Assembly (NCBI GenBank): GCA_050184605.1
Contig: JBFXAE010000004.1
Span: 217,723-281,722 of the forward strand
Reading direction: 5' to 3'
DNA length: 64,000 nt
DNA from: Hyphomonadaceae bacterium
Lineage (GTDB): Bacteria; Pseudomonadota; Alphaproteobacteria; Caulobacterales; Aquidulcibacteraceae
How positions within the stretch are numbered: the stretch's first letter is position 1; the number at the start of each line of letters is the position of its first letter. Below are positions 1 to 11,622 of this stretch, piece by piece. Below the pieces are notes generated by a model that saw nothing but the letters and a program-made list of their open reading frames with translations, was not told the DNA's origin and searched no databases. The position numbers were made by a program, and so were the translations under genes.

Positions 1-2967
1 CAATCGCGCCGCATGGTCGAAAAGGAGCGTCCGGAAGTTTGGGACGTGCTCGAAGAGGTCATCCGCGAGCACCCGGTTCTTCTGAACCGCGCGCCGACGC
101 TGCACCGCTTGGGCATCCAGGCGTTCGAGCCGAAGCTGATCGAAGGCAAGGCGATCCAGCTGCACCCGCTGGTCTGCGCCGCGTTCAACGCTGACTTCGA
201 CGGCGACCAGATGGCCGTGCACGTTCCGCTGTCGCTCGAAGCGCAGCTGGAAGCGCGCGTGCTGATGATGTCCACGAACAACATCCTCTCTCCGGCGAAC
301 GGCAAGGCGATCATCGTGCCGTCGCAGGATATCGTGCTTGGTCTCTACTACCTCTCGCTGATGAAGGAAGGCGAGCCAGGTGAGGGCAAGCTGTTCGGTT
401 CGATCGGTGAAATCGAGTCTGCGCTCGAAGCGGGCGTCGTGACGCTGCACACCAAGATCAAGGCGCGCTACGAAACCGTCGATGCCGATGGCAAGCCGGT
501 GCGCAAGACGATCGAGACGACGCCGGGCCGCATGAAGCTCGCGGAAGTGCTGCCGAAGCATCCGAAGGTCAGCTATTCGCTGCTCGATCAGACGCTGACG
601 AAGAAGGAAATCGGCAACCTGATCGACAACGTCTATCGGTTCTGCGGCCAGAAGGCGACGGTGATCTTCGCCGATCGCATGATGCAGCTCGGCTTCAAGG
701 AAGCGGCGCGCGCCGGCATTTCGTTCGGCATGGCGGACATGGTCGTGCCGAAGGCGAAGGAAACGCTCGTCGAAGAAACGCGCAAGCGCGCTGCGGAATA
801 CGAGCAGCAATACGCCGACGGCCTCATCACCAAGGGCGAGAAGTACAACAAGGTCGTCGACGCCTGGTCGAAGTGCACCGACAAAGTTGCCGACGCGATG
901 ATGGAAGAGGCGTCGAAGCCGGCCAAACTCAAGGATGGCCGCACGGGCGAACTCAACTCCGTCTTCATGATGGCGCACTCGGGCGCGCGTGGTTCGAAGA
1001 ACCAGATGAAACAGCTCGCCGGCATGCGTGGCCTGATGGCCAAGCCGTCGGGTGAAATCATCGAGACGCCGATCATCTCGAACTTCAAAGAGGGCCTCTC
1101 GGTTCTCGAATACTTCAACTCGACCCACGGCGCCCGTAAGGGCCTCGCGGACACCGCGTTGAAGACCGCGAACTCGGGTTACCTCACGCGCCGTCTCGTT
1201 GACGTCGCGCAGGACTGCATCATCACCGAAGAAGATTGCGGCACCCAGGACGGCATCCAGATGACCCCGGTCATCGATGGCGCCGACATTGTCGTGTCGC
1301 TCGGCACCCGCATTCTCGGCCGTACGACGGCTCTGCCGGTCAACGATCCGGGCACGGGCAAGCAGATCGTGCCGGCGGGCGCCTTCCTCGATGAAGACAC
1401 CGTCGCGATGATCGAAAAGGCGGGCGTGCAAGCCGTTAAGGTCCGCTCTGTGCTGACCTGCGAAACGCGCACGGGCGTCTGCGGCGCTTGCTATGGCCGT
1501 GACCTCGCGCGCAACACGCAGGTGAATATCGGCGAAGCTGTCGGCGTCATCGCGGCGCAATCGATCGGTGAGCCGGGCACCCAGCTCACGATGCGCACGT
1601 TCCACATCGGCGGTGCGGCTCAGCTGGCTGAATCGTCCGTCATGGAATCGGCGCACGACGGCTCGGTGAAGTTCATCGACCGCAACACCGTGAAGAACGC
1701 CCAAGGCGATCTGATCGTGATGAGCCGCAACATGAAGGTCACGATTGTCGATGACGACGGCAAGGAGCGCCAGACCTTCAAGCCGCCGTTCGGCGCCCGC
1801 CTTCGCGTTGACGAGAAATCGAAGATCAAGCGCGGCGATCGCATCGCCGAGTGGGATCCCTACGCGACGCCGATCCTTACCGAAGTGGCCGGCAAGGTTC
1901 GCTTCGAGGATCTGACGGATGGCGTGGCCGTCCGTGACGAGTTCGACGAAGCCACCGGCATCTCGTCGAAAGTCGTCATCGATTGGCGCTCGACCACGAA
2001 GGGTACGGACCTGAAGCCGAGCATTTCGGTGCTCAATGCCAAGGGCGTTGCGACCAAGACGTACTCGCTGCCTGTCGGCGCCATTCTCTCGGTGGCCGAT
2101 GGCGACGAAGTTACGCCTGGCCAAGACCTTGCGCGGATGCCGACGGGTGGCGCGAAAACCCGCGACATCACGGGTGGTTTGCCGCGCGTCGCGGAACTGT
2201 TCGAAGCCCGCCGCCCGAAGGATCACGCGATCATCTCCGAAGGCGATGGCCGCGTGGAGTTCGGCAAGGACTACAAGAACAAGCGCCGCCTGCGCGTTGT
2301 GCCGGAAGATGAGAGCCTCGAGCCGATCGAGTACATGATCCCGAAGGGCAAGCACATTCCGGTGCAAGAAGGTGACTTCGTGAAGAAGGGTGACTACCTG
2401 CTCGACGGCAACCCCGCACCGCAGGACATCCTCTCGATCATGGGCGTCGAAGCGCTGGCGAATTACCTCGTTGAGGAAATTCAGAAGGTGTACCGCCTGC
2501 AGGGCGTGCCGATTAACGACAAGCACATCGAGGTGATCGTTCGCCAGATGCTGCAGAAGGTCGAGATCATGGAAGCGGGTGACACCGAATTCCTGAAGGG
2601 CGAAGCCGTCGAAGCGCTCGACCTCGAAGACGAGAACAAGCGCGTCAAAGAACTTGGTCTGCAGCCGGCGACGGCTCAGCCCATGCTGCTCGGCATCACC
2701 AAGGCCTCGCTGCAAACGCGCTCGTTCATCTCGGCGGCCTCGTTCCAAGAAACCACGCGCGTGCTCACCGAAGCTGCCTCCTACGGCAAGTCGGACACGC
2801 TCGAAGGTCTCAAGGAAAACGTCATCGTCGGCCGTCTCATCCCGGCCGGCACCGGCGGTCAGCTGCGTCGCTATCAAAAGCTCGCGGCGGAGCGCGATGC
2901 GCAACTGGCGATCGAGCGCGGCGAAGACGCCCGTCTGGCGCAGCCGCAAACCGAAGCGGCCGAATAA
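1..2967 (+). CDS. rpoC: DNA-directed RNA polymerase beta' subunit, 5'-truncated by the window edge
   Basis: Frame 1 is open from base 1. It contains the universal NADFDGDQM catalytic motif and [21 protein letters not shown], and is collinear with RpoC through to the C-terminus. Confidence 0.97.
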   Translation, partial: QSRRMVEKERPEVWDVLEEVIREHPVLLNRAPTLHRLGIQAFEPKLIEGKAIQLHPLVCAAFNADFDGDQMAVHVPLSLEAQLEARVLMMSTNNILSPANGKAIIVPSQDIVLGLYYLSLMKEGEPGEGKLFGSIGEIESALEAGVVTLHTKIKARYETVDADGKPVRKTIETTPGRMKLAEVLPKHPKVSYSLLDQTLTKKEIGNLIDNVYRFCGQKATVIFADRMMQLGFKEAARAGISFGMADMVVPKAKETLVEETRKRAAEYEQQYADGLITKGEKYNKVVDAWSKCTDKVADAMMEEASKPAKLKDGRTGELNSVFMMAHSGARGSKNQMKQLAGMRGLMAKPSGEIIETPIISNFKEGLSVLEYFNSTHGARKGLADTALKTANSGYLTRRLVDVAQDCIITEEDCGTQDGIQMTPVIDGADIVVSLGTRILGRTTALPVNDPGTGKQIVPAGAFLDEDTVAMIEKAGVQAVKVRSVLTCETRTGVCGACYGRDLARNTQVNIGEAVGVIAAQSIGEPGTQLTMRTFHIGGAAQLAESSVMESAHDGSVKFIDRNTVKNAQGDLIVMSRNMKVTIVDDDGKERQTFKPPFGARLRVDEKSKIKRGDRIAEWDPYATPILTEVAGKVRFEDLTDGVAVRDEFDEATGISSKVVIDWRSTTKGTDLKPSISVLNAKGVATKTYSLPVGAILSVADGDEVTPGQDLARMPTGGAKTRDITGGLPRVAELFEARRPKDHAIISEGDGRVEFGKDYKNKRRLRVVPEDESLEPIEYMIPKGKHIPVQEGDFVKKGDYLLDGNPAPQDILSIMGVEALANYLVEEIQKVYRLQGVPINDKHIEVIVRQMLQKVEIMEAGDTEFLKGEAVEALDLEDENKRVKELGLQPATAQPMLLGITKASLQTRSFISAASFQETTRVLTEAASYGKSDTLEGLKENVIVGRLIPAGTGGQLRRYQKLAAERDAQLAIERGEDARLAQPQTEAAE

Positions 2968-2993
2968 GACTCAGGGAAGAAACGTCCATAAAC

Positions 2994-3030
2994 AAGCGGC
3001 CCGGGAGCGATCCCGGGCCGCTTCAATTTG
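2994..3030 (+). terminator. Rho-independent terminator after rpoC
   Basis: Stem aagcggcccggg, loop agcga, stem cccgggccgctt, followed by caatttgtg. Confidence 0.6.
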
Positions 3031-3034
3031 TGAC

Positions 3035-5206
3035 TCAGAACTGGGGTACTGGGGGTCCGCCGGGCTGTTGCTGGTCCTGCGGCGGCCGCTGCGGGCCTGA
3101 GCCGAATTGGTAGGTCAGCCCGAACCGCACGCGCGCGCCGGGGCTCGCGAACTCGGTGCGTTCGAAATAGTCGTCGGTCGTGATCTCGGAGACGTTGTTC
3201 TGCGAGCTGAAGATGTCTTGCGCCATCAGGTTGGCGTAGAGGCGATCCGTGAGTTTTCGCCGCCAAGTGAAGTTGGCCGTGACGAACTCATCCAGATCGC
3301 TTTGCAGCGTGTGGCGCGGACCTTGGAAGCGTAGTTCGAACTGCAGCTGATCGGCGCCGATCGCGTTTTGATCGACATCGCGATAATCGAGCGAGGCGGA
3401 GCCGTCATATTCGAACTCGCTGCGACGCGTGGTGACGCCGCCGCTCAGCGCGTCGAACTCCCGCTCCATCAGGTTGATGTTGGCGGAATAGCGCCAGTTC
3501 TCGTTGATCGGCGCGCGGAGGATGGCTTGCACCCCGCGTTGCTCGCTTGTGCCGGCGTTGACGGTCGTCGTCAGGATCACGCCATCGGGCGTCACTTCCG
3601 TGAATGGTGAGAAGATGTCGTCGCTGATGCGGTTGTAGAAGGTGAGGCTGAAGCTCTTGCCAGCATTCTGGTAGGTGAAATTGGCCTCGTACGCATCGGT
3701 AAGGGACGGCTCCAGCAATGGATTGCCGCCTATGGCGCGGTTGGTGTCGATGAAGCGAAGATTGGGATCCAACTGCTGGAAACCTGGGCGCTGAATGCGG
3801 CTGGTGTAGCTCAGATCGACATTGATGTTGTTGCCGAGCCCGCGCCGGATATGGATGCTCGGGAAGTATCGGGTGTCGACGTCGTCTGTCTCCAGTCCGC
3901 CGGAGACGACTTCGCGGCGATAGCTCTCAGCACGCAGACCGGGTTGCCAGGTCCAATCGCCGGTCTCGAACTGGAACGTGCCGTAAGCGGCGAGCGTCTG
4001 CTGGCGGCCTTCGAGCAAAGTCGTGAAATCCGGCGGGACCGCGGGGCCGGACAGCGTTTCGCGCCGGTTTTCGATGTCTTGGTCGGAGGTGTCAAACGCG
4101 AGGCCCATGCTGAGAAAGCGATCTTCGCCGAAGGGGCGATCGTATTCGAGGCGCGTATTGGTGTTGGTCTGATCAGCGGAATTGCTGGCGAGCACTTCGC
4201 TCGCGACACCGATGACGGGCGTGAACGAGAACGTCTGATCGAAATCGACGCCGTGCTCCTGAACCATGGTGTTGAAGCGCAATTGTTCGCGTGGGCGCGT
4301 GCCGTCTTGCTGGAAATCGAAGGTGAGCTGATCGTTGCGGAATTCGACTTCGTTCAGGATTGCTTGCGAAGAGAAGGGCGCGCCGTTCAGGGCCGTCTCC
4401 GTTTCGCGCAGAATGTCATTGCCGCCGCGCACGTTGTCGAAGGCGAGGCTGAGGCGGCGGCGCTCGTTCGGGCGGTAGCCGAGTGTCAGGCGGCTTAGAT
4501 AGCGGCCGCCGAACTCGACTTGCTGATCGCCGTCTTCCTGCGTCGTGTCGCCTGAACCGAAGATCTCACGCTCGCGTTGAAAATCTTGCGTCTGTTCGCC
4601 GGTCCAGAAGCCGGCGCCGCCGCTCAGGGACCAGGGCCCGCGCGACCAGGTGGCGGACACGCCGCCGTTTGCGCTGTTCAATGTATCGACGCCGGCTTGA
4701 ATCGAGCCGTTGAACCCGCCGGTGAGGCGCTGGCGCGTGATGATATTGATAATCCCGCCGGACGCTGCAGCCGAATATTGCGCCGACGGGTTGGTGATGA
4801 CTTCGATGCGCTCGACCTCGGCGCCGGTTATCCCGCGTAACACCTGCTCGAGGTTCGTGCCGGGCACCGGCTGGCCGTTGATCTGGATAGTGACGTTATC
4901 GGCGCCCAGCAGCGTCACCGCGCCCGATGGCGCGACGCTGACCGAGGGAATGCGGCCGAGCACATCATACATGTTGGTGCTTTGCGCCGTCGCGTCGTCG
5001 CGGAGCGCATAGGTGCGGCGATCGATGCGGACCCGGTCGCCCGGCTCGGCCACGACGATGATGTCGTCGCCAAGGTCTTCCTCTTCCTCGGCTTGGTCAG
5101 CAGCAGCGGCAGGCGGGGCCGGCGGCGAAGCTGGCGCCTGTTGGGCGTAGGCGACGCTCGCGCTCGCCAACAGGGCGGCAACGCCTGAATAAATGACCCG
5201 ATTCAT
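3035..5206 (-). CDS. TonB-dependent outer-membrane receptor
   Basis: Signal peptide MNRVIYSGVAALLASASVAYAQQ. It has a plug-domain-like N-terminus, a long beta-barrel-type composition and a C-terminal aromatic residue (..PVPQF). Confidence 0.85.
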   Translation of the reverse strand: MNRVIYSGVAALLASASVAYAQQAPASPPAPPAAAADQAEEEEDLGDDIIVVAEPGDRVRIDRRTYALRDDATAQSTNMYDVLGRIPSVSVAPSGAVTLLGADNVTIQINGQPVPGTNLEQVLRGITGAEVERIEVITNPSAQYSAAASGGIINIITRQRLTGGFNGSIQAGVDTLNSANGGVSATWSRGPWSLSGGAGFWTGEQTQDFQREREIFGSGDTTQEDGDQQVEFGGRYLSRLTLGYRPNERRRLSLAFDNVRGGNDILRETETALNGAPFSSQAILNEVEFRNDQLTFDFQQDGTRPREQLRFNTMVQEHGVDFDQTFSFTPVIGVASEVLASNSADQTNTNTRLEYDRPFGEDRFLSMGLAFDTSDQDIENRRETLSGPAVPPDFTTLLEGRQQTLAAYGTFQFETGDWTWQPGLRAESYRREVVSGGLETDDVDTRYFPSIHIRRGLGNNINVDLSYTSRIQRPGFQQLDPNLRFIDTNRAIGGNPLLEPSLTDAYEANFTYQNAGKSFSLTFYNRISDDIFSPFTEVTPDGVILTTTVNAGTSEQRGVQAILRAPINENWRYSANINLMEREFDALSGGVTTRRSEFEYDGSASLDYRDVDQNAIGADQLQFELRFQGPRHTLQSDLDEFVTANFTWRRKLTDRLYANLMAQDIFSSQNNVSEITTDDYFERTEFASPGARVRFGLTYQFGSGPQRPPQDQQQPGGPPVPQF

Positions 5207-5281
5207 CGAATGCTCCCGCTAACGCGCGGAGATTGAGAAATCGAAGCTAAGCGTCAATGAACAAGCGATAGCCGCCGTTTA

Positions 5282-5309
5282 TCTGAAACATGTGGCAGAG
5301 TGTTTCAGA
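5282..5309. promoter_or_regulatory. 9-bp perfect inverted repeat upstream of the TonB-dependent receptor (candidate operator or weak terminator)
   Basis: tctgaaaca-N10-tgtttcaga lies between the receptor start (5206) and the end of the zinc-ribbon gene (5342). Confidence 0.3.
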
Positions 5310-5341
5310 CAAGAGTGGCGATTTGGCCGACGGCCAGCCGG

Positions 5342-5665
5342 TCAGTCGCCGAAGATATCCAAGAGATCGAAGCCTCCGCGACGCCGGCGTTGGCCGCCGC
5401 GCTGGTCGTAGCCGCGCTCGCCGTATTCACCGCGTTCGCCATATTCGCCTCGTTCACCGTAGCTATGCTGCGGGCGTTGCTGCTGCTGGCGCGGATCCTG
5501 GCCGAAGCCGCCGCCATGCTCCGCCTGCACGCCGGCGATGATCTTTTCCAGTTCGCCGCGGTCGAGCCAAACGCCCCTGCAGCTTGGGCACATGTCAAAC
5601 GCCACGTCGTTCCGTTTCACCTCGGACATCGAGGCGTTGCAGTTCGGGCACATCAAAAGCGGCAT
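5342..5665 (-). CDS. TFIIB-type zinc-ribbon protein with Gly/Arg/Glu-rich repeat tail
   Basis: Trimmed to MPLLMCPNCN, which has GGAGG upstream. Two CxxC pairs (CPNC, CPSC), a LDRGELEKI motif, YGERGE repeats and an acidic FDLLDIFGD C-terminus typical of this family. Confidence 0.75.
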   Translation of the reverse strand: MPLLMCPNCNASMSEVKRNDVAFDMCPSCRGVWLDRGELEKIIAGVQAEHGGGFGQDPRQQQQRPQHSYGERGEYGERGEYGERGYDQRGGQRRRRGGFDLLDIFGD

Positions 5666-5763
5666 GGGTCCTCCAATGTTCCGCTGGATATAGGGCGGCC
5701 ACGGCGGACGGCAAACGCGCATATCCGCGACTGATTTTCGCAACGTAAGTTGAATTGCCATAG

Positions 5764-6999
<1,236 letters not shown>

Positions 7000-7089
7000 G
7001 ATAGCGATGAACAGCATGCGCCTCCCGGGAATGTGAATTGCCGGGCGGCGCGCTGAGGCGCTTCCTCGACGTCGCGAGGAGGTACGCCC

Positions 7090-7647
7090 ATGAAGCAAGC
7101 ATTACTTGCTGGCGCCGTTATCGCCGCCAGCCTTTTCACATCACCGGCCCACGCACAGATGGTGGTCGTCCACGGACGCGGGCCGGCGCAAGATTGCTAC
7201 GTCGCAGCGGCAAGGGGCGACAGCGACAGGCGCGCGATCGACCTCTGCGATCTGGCACTGGACCACGATTTCCTGACCCGCCAGGATCGCGCCGCCACGC
7301 ACGTCAACAGAGGCGTGCTCCATCTGCGCCGTGGCGCGGATGCGCGCGCACTTTCGGATTTCAACAACTCGATTGAGATCGATCCGGGGGCAGGTGAGGC
7401 CCATCTGATGCGCGGCATCGCGTTGTTGCAGCTTGGACGCCTCGGCGAGGCGAACGCCGCCATCACGCAGGCACTTTCGCTCAACGTCGTGCGGCCTGAG
7501 CGCGCCTACTATTATCGTGGCGCAGCAAACGAGGAGGCTGGCAATGCGCGCGCCGCTTACGCCGACTATCGCCGCGCTGCCGATCTCGCGCCCGGCTGGC
7601 GTTCGCCGCAAACTGAGCTGGCGCGGTTTCAGGTTCGCAGGAACTGA
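7090..7647 (+). CDS. Exported tetratricopeptide-repeat protein
   Basis: Signal peptide ..SPAHA/QM. TPR-like helical repeats (NRGVLHLRRGADARALSDFNNSIEIDP, YYYRGAANEEAGNARAAYADYRRAADLAP). Confidence 0.7.
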   Translation: MKQALLAGAVIAASLFTSPAHAQMVVVHGRGPAQDCYVAAARGDSDRRAIDLCDLALDHDFLTRQDRAATHVNRGVLHLRRGADARALSDFNNSIEIDPGAGEAHLMRGIALLQLGRLGEANAAITQALSLNVVRPERAYYYRGAANEEAGNARAAYADYRRAADLAPGWRSPQTELARFQVRRN

Positions 7648-7653
7648 GCCGCT

Positions 7654-8871
7654 TTAGTTTTCGAGCTTGAACGTCAGCCCGGCCTTTTCTTGCAGGCGTG
7701 CGATCAGCGCGTCGCCCATGGCCGCGGCCGGCGTCCAGATGCCGCCTGGCGTTGTTTGACGGCTCGTGTCGTTCAACGTCAGCGCGGCTTCTGAGATCAT
7801 TTTCGAGGTGGAGCCGTAGCCAGGATCCTTGTCGCCATAGACGCTGGCGCGCAACGTTCGGCCATCGGCTGTCGTGCCGACGACGAGCACCTCATACATG
7901 CCTGTCTCGCGCTGCTCCTTGTCCGGGCCCTGACCCGGTTTCGGCAGAGCAAATTGCTGAAGCAAGGCGCGCGTCGGCGCAAAGCCGAGGAGCGCGCGCT
8001 GCATATTTGAAGCACTAAGCGCGGACTTGGCGCGCTGGCGCCCTTTGGGGCCGGGGCCGGTCAGCATCATTTCGCTGTAGGTGAAGTCGCGGCCGTAGGC
8101 GTACTTGGTGAGCGCATTGGTGCGGTGGACGTTCTTGGTGTTGATCGAGGCCATCACGAACGGCGCCGACCACGAATTGATGTCAGCATCTTCGGTGACG
8201 ACATCGCCATTGGGCTGTGGCGCGAGCCGCTCGGGCGAGAGCATGAACGGGTCGCCCATTCGCGTGGCGAGGCTTGGGTCACGGCGCACGGCCTCGAACG
8301 TCGCCAGCATCGAAGCCATCGTGCCGCCAGAGAATGTGCCCTTCATCTTGCGCACGCGGCCGCGCACGTCGCGGAGCGGCTGGCCGAAGCGCGCCTTCGC
8401 CTCCTGTTGGGCAAACCACACGCAGCCGTCGAAGGGAATCGAGTCGAAGCCGCACGAGAACACGATGCGGGCGCCGCTTTCCTTGGCCGTGTTTTCGTAC
8501 TTGGCGATCATTGCCGCCATCCAGTTCGGCTCGCCGCACAGGTCGACGTAGTCCGTGCCGGCCTTAGCGCACGCCGCCAGCAGGCCCTCGCCGTAGCGCT
8601 GATAGGGGCCAACCGTGGTTATGACGACGCGGGTACGATGGGCGAGCGCGTCGAGCGCGTTCGAATCCGTCGCGCCGGCGACGATGATGGGCAGCGCATA
8701 CGGCGCGCCGATCTCGGTGCGGACCGCCTTGAGCTTTTCCTCGTCGCGCCCGGCGATGGCCCAGCGCACAGCGCCTTCCGCTCCGTAAGTCTTGAGCAAA
8801 TGCTCGGCTACCAGTTTGCCGGTGAAACCGGTCGCGCCATAGACGATGACGTCGAATTCCTGTGCGCTCAT
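7654..8871 (-). CDS. Saccharopine dehydrogenase family NAD(P)-binding protein
   Basis: N-terminal Rossmann motif VIVYGATGFTGKLV. Length and overall similarity fit the saccharopine dehydrogenase/trans-acting enoyl reductase family. Confidence 0.8.
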   Translation of the reverse strand: MSAQEFDVIVYGATGFTGKLVAEHLLKTYGAEGAVRWAIAGRDEEKLKAVRTEIGAPYALPIIVAGATDSNALDALAHRTRVVITTVGPYQRYGEGLLAACAKAGTDYVDLCGEPNWMAAMIAKYENTAKESGARIVFSCGFDSIPFDGCVWFAQQEAKARFGQPLRDVRGRVRKMKGTFSGGTMASMLATFEAVRRDPSLATRMGDPFMLSPERLAPQPNGDVVTEDADINSWSAPFVMASINTKNVHRTNALTKYAYGRDFTYSEMMLTGPGPKGRQRAKSALSASNMQRALLGFAPTRALLQQFALPKPGQGPDKEQRETGMYEVLVVGTTADGRTLRASVYGDKDPGYGSTSKMISEAALTLNDTSRQTTPGGIWTPAAAMGDALIARLQEKAGLTFKLEN

Positions 8872-8893
8872 GCCCGCCCTCCGTGCGGCGTCT

Positions 8894-8957
8894 TATGGAC
8901 CGCCGGCGTCCCGCCGGCAAACGCGAGCGCTGGCCGGCGGGGCGCCGGCGGTCCATA
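8894..8957. repeat. GC-rich REP-like long hairpin (25-bp arms)
   Basis: tatggaccgccggcgtcccgccggc, 14 nt, gccggcggggcgccggcggtccata, with one mismatch. It lies in a divergent intergenic region. Confidence 0.7.
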
Positions 8958-8970
8958 GAGCGTCAGACAC

Positions 8971-9804
8971 ATGCCGCCTCTCGCCGTTGCCGCCGCCATT
9001 GCCTCCGCCGTGATCCACGCCAGTTGGAACGCCGCGCTGAAGGGCGGGACCGATCGGGTCACGGATTCGTTCTTGATCGCGGTGGGCGGGCTTGGCGCCG
9101 GGCTGCTGATTGTCCTGTTCATGGGCGCGTTGCCGGAGGCCGCCTGGCCTTATCTGGCGATGACGGTTTGCATCCATCTCGCCTACTGGTTCTGCCTCTT
9201 CAAAGGCTACGACGCCGGCGACATGAGCCATGTCTACACGCTCTCGCGCGGCATGGCGCCAATGCTGGTTGGGTTTGGCGCGGCGCTGTTTGCGCAGGAA
9301 ATTCCACCGCCGCTGAAAATGCTTGGCATCGCTTTTGTCTCGATTGGCGTGTTCACCGTGGGGGCCAGTCCGCGTGCGCCTTTGAAGGCGACGCTATGGG
9401 CGGCGGCGATCGGACTTTGCATTGCTTCTTACTCATTGGTCGATGCGCTTGGATCGCGCGCCGCCGGCAATGCAGTGACTTTCCTCGGCTGGTCGATGGC
9501 GTTGATGTCCGTGCCGATGGCGGCTTTCGCCTTCTGGCGCCGTGGCGTGAAGCGCTTGCTGCGGGATGCGGCCGTCGCGCCATGGCGCGGGATAGGCATT
9601 GGCGTGATCAGCTTCGCCGGCTACGGCCTCGTGCTTTGGGCGCAGACTTTTGCGCCGATCGCGCAGGTCACGGCGCTGCGCGAAACCTCAGTTGTTTGGG
9701 GCGCTCTGATCGCGTTTCTCTTTCTGAACGAACGGCTAGGCGTCCGGCGCTGGCTCGGCGCCTCCATTGTGGCGCTGGGTGCTGGCTTGATTGCGTTTGC
9801 CTGA
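8971..9804 (+). CDS. EamA/DMT-family transporter
   Basis: About 10 predicted TM helices and a duplicated EamA-like architecture. Confidence 0.75.
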   Translation: MPPLAVAAAIASAVIHASWNAALKGGTDRVTDSFLIAVGGLGAGLLIVLFMGALPEAAWPYLAMTVCIHLAYWFCLFKGYDAGDMSHVYTLSRGMAPMLVGFGAALFAQEIPPPLKMLGIAFVSIGVFTVGASPRAPLKATLWAAAIGLCIASYSLVDALGSRAAGNAVTFLGWSMALMSVPMAAFAFWRRGVKRLLRDAAVAPWRGIGIGVISFAGYGLVLWAQTFAPIAQVTALRETSVVWGALIAFLFLNERLGVRRWLGASIVALGAGLIAFA

Positions 9805-9817
9805 GTAGTTTGTGCGA

Positions 9818-10180
9818 ATGGCCGACCTTCAGATCATCCGCATCGACGACGCCAAGGCGCTGGTGCGCGTCGGCGTGCCAGACCCTGAACGCGCGACGCC
9901 GCAAGAGGTGCGCATTTCGGTTACGCTGGCGCTTGGCGAGCCGCCGGACTTTCCGGCGCATGACCGCATCGGCGCCACCGTCGATTACGATCAGATCATC
10001 GGATTCATCCGCGGCGATCTCGGTGAACCGGCGCATTTGATTGAAACGCTGGCCGATCGCGTGGCCGGGCACTGCCTTTCACTTTCGACGCGTGCGCTGT
10101 GGGTTGAGGTCACGGTGAAGAAGCCGTCCGTGCTCTCCGGTGATGGCCTAGTCGCGGTGACGATCCGGCGCGAGGCCTAA
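9818..10180 (+). CDS. folB: Dihydroneopterin aldolase family protein (FolB-like, copy 1)
   Basis: Shows the FolB pattern: the ..VGVPDPERATPQEVRISVTLAL.. tunnelling fold and DYDQIIGFI. The start could instead be GTG at 9812. Confidence 0.7.
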   Translation: MADLQIIRIDDAKALVRVGVPDPERATPQEVRISVTLALGEPPDFPAHDRIGATVDYDQIIGFIRGDLGEPAHLIETLADRVAGHCLSLSTRALWVEVTVKKPSVLSGDGLVAVTIRREA

Positions 10181-10920
10181 TCGTACATTACGTCCCGTGC
10201 GCTCGGCACGAGGTGCTGGCCGCCATCTACAGGGATGAGCGCGCCGGTCACGTTCTCGGCTTTTGCCAGGAAGGCGACAGCGTCAGCGACGTCCTCAATG
10301 CGCGTGCCAACGCCAGTGAGGTTTTGGGTGTGCACGCGCTTGAAGTTCTCCTCGGTCTGATCGCCGCTCATTAGCATCAGGCCCGCTGCGATGCAGTTCA
10401 CGCGAATGTTTGGCGCCATCGCCATCGCCAGCGGGCTGGTGCCGTGCGCGAGACCTGTTTTGGCGAGCGTGTAGGAGAGGAAGTCGGGATTTTGGTTCAA
10501 CACCTTCTGGTCGGCGATGTTGGTGACGAAGCCGCGCCGTGATCCAATCTGCTCGCGTAGTTTCCGCGCGAGATAAACGGGCGCGAGCAAGTTGAGGCGC
10601 ACCTGCGCTTGCGCCGCGTCCATACTGATGTCGTCGATCGTATCCAGCGAGAACGAAGCAGCGCTGTTGACGAGGCCGACCCAATCGCCCCGCTTGGCGA
10701 TCTCACTCGCCATGGCGTCAATAGCGCGCTGATCGGTGAGGTCGGCGCCAAAGAGTTCCGCCGCGCCGCCGTCAGCGCGAATGGCATTGGCGACATCATC
10801 GGCGCCTTGTCGCGAGCTGTTGTAGTGAACGCCTATCGTCCAGCCATCGCGTCCAAGACGCCGCGCAATGCCGGCGCCGACACGGCGTCCGGCGCCGGTG
10901 ACAAGAACAAATCCGCTCAC
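10177..10920 (-). CDS. Short-chain dehydrogenase/reductase, pteridine-reductase-like
   Basis: TGAGRRVG cofactor motif and catalytic YTLAK. Its start overlaps the stop of the upstream FolB-like gene by 4 bp. Confidence 0.8.
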   Translation of the reverse strand: MSGFVLVTGAGRRVGAGIARRLGRDGWTIGVHYNSSRQGADDVANAIRADGGAAELFGADLTDQRAIDAMASEIAKRGDWVGLVNSAASFSLDTIDDISMDAAQAQVRLNLLAPVYLARKLREQIGSRRGFVTNIADQKVLNQNPDFLSYTLAKTGLAHGTSPLAMAMAPNIRVNCIAAGLMLMSGDQTEENFKRVHTQNLTGVGTRIEDVADAVAFLAKAENVTGALIPVDGGQHLVPSARDVMYD

Positions 10921-11300
10921 GCGCGGAAATCCTCTCGCGCCACGTCGAACTCAAGCCCGACCGCTTGCATCTCGAGGAAGATGTCGGGTTTCAGAATCGA
11001 AAGCTGCACGCGTTGCGCGGGGGTGGTTTCGAAGCAAGTCGCGATAATGAATTGCGCGATGTCTTCGAGATGCGCGGTGTGTTCGCGCTGCTCGAGCGAC
11101 TTCAGGAATTTGCGCAACGGATCGTAATCGACGTAACCGCCGTGCTTGCCGAAATAATCACTGTAGCCAAACACCAGAGTGATGTTGACGGCGATGCGCG
11201 TCGGCCGCTCCGGATGGCGCTCCCACGGATGCTCGCCGACTTGCACGACAAGCTCGACGCCGCGCATGGCGATCGAGACGGTGGACGGTGCGTCAGCCAT
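10917..11300 (-). CDS. Dihydroneopterin aldolase family protein (FolB-like, copy 2)
   Basis: VELVVQVGEHPWERHPERPTRIAVNITL and VDYDPLRKFL match the FolB fold pattern. Confidence 0.65.
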   Translation of the reverse strand: MADAPSTVSIAMRGVELVVQVGEHPWERHPERPTRIAVNITLVFGYSDYFGKHGGYVDYDPLRKFLKSLEQREHTAHLEDIAQFIIATCFETTPAQRVQLSILKPDIFLEMQAVGLEFDVAREDFRA

Positions 11301-11409
11301 TCAAGCTCCTTTGCGCATCCCGTGACGCGTGTCACATCCATAAGGCAAACGGCCTATTACCTTCCACTCATCGGATCGATGGACGGTTCGACGAGAGATG
11401 GAGCAGGAA

Positions 11410-11502
11410 ATGACCAAGTTGTATTGCCTCGTTGCGGCGCTGGCGGTGTTTGCCCCCTTTGCGTTCGTCACCATGAACCAAGCCGCGCAGATCGTTGCGT
11501 AA
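11410..11502 (+). CDS. 30-aa signal-peptide-like mini-protein, fifth paralogue of the 56951-57925 family
   Basis: MTKLYCLVAALAVFAPFAFVTMNQAAQIVA, with SD GGAGCAGGAA directly upstream. It has the same FAP..QAAQIVA-stop architecture as the four array copies. It is not in the ORF track because it is too short. Confidence 0.6.
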   Translation: MTKLYCLVAALAVFAPFAFVTMNQAAQIVA

Positions 11503-11590
11503 CGGGTCGCTGACCTGAACTTTCCCAGGCTCTCCAGGGTAACGGAGAGCGCAAGAACCAGGCAGATCCCATGAAAAGCCCACAAAAGTG

Positions 11591-11615
11591 AGGGCGCCGG
11601 TCCGACCGGCGCCCT
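11591..11615. terminator. Shared hairpin terminator between two convergent mini-ORFs
   Basis: agggcgccgg tccga ccggcgccct. On the minus strand it is followed by cacTTTTgtg, and on the plus strand by ttcgc. Confidence 0.55.
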
Positions 11616-11622
11616 TTCGCTA

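Noticed and set aside
5395-5465. Imperfect 18-nt tandem repeats.
   Set aside because: They lie inside the zinc-ribbon gene and simply encode the YGERGE repeats of its low-complexity tail, so this is not an independent element.
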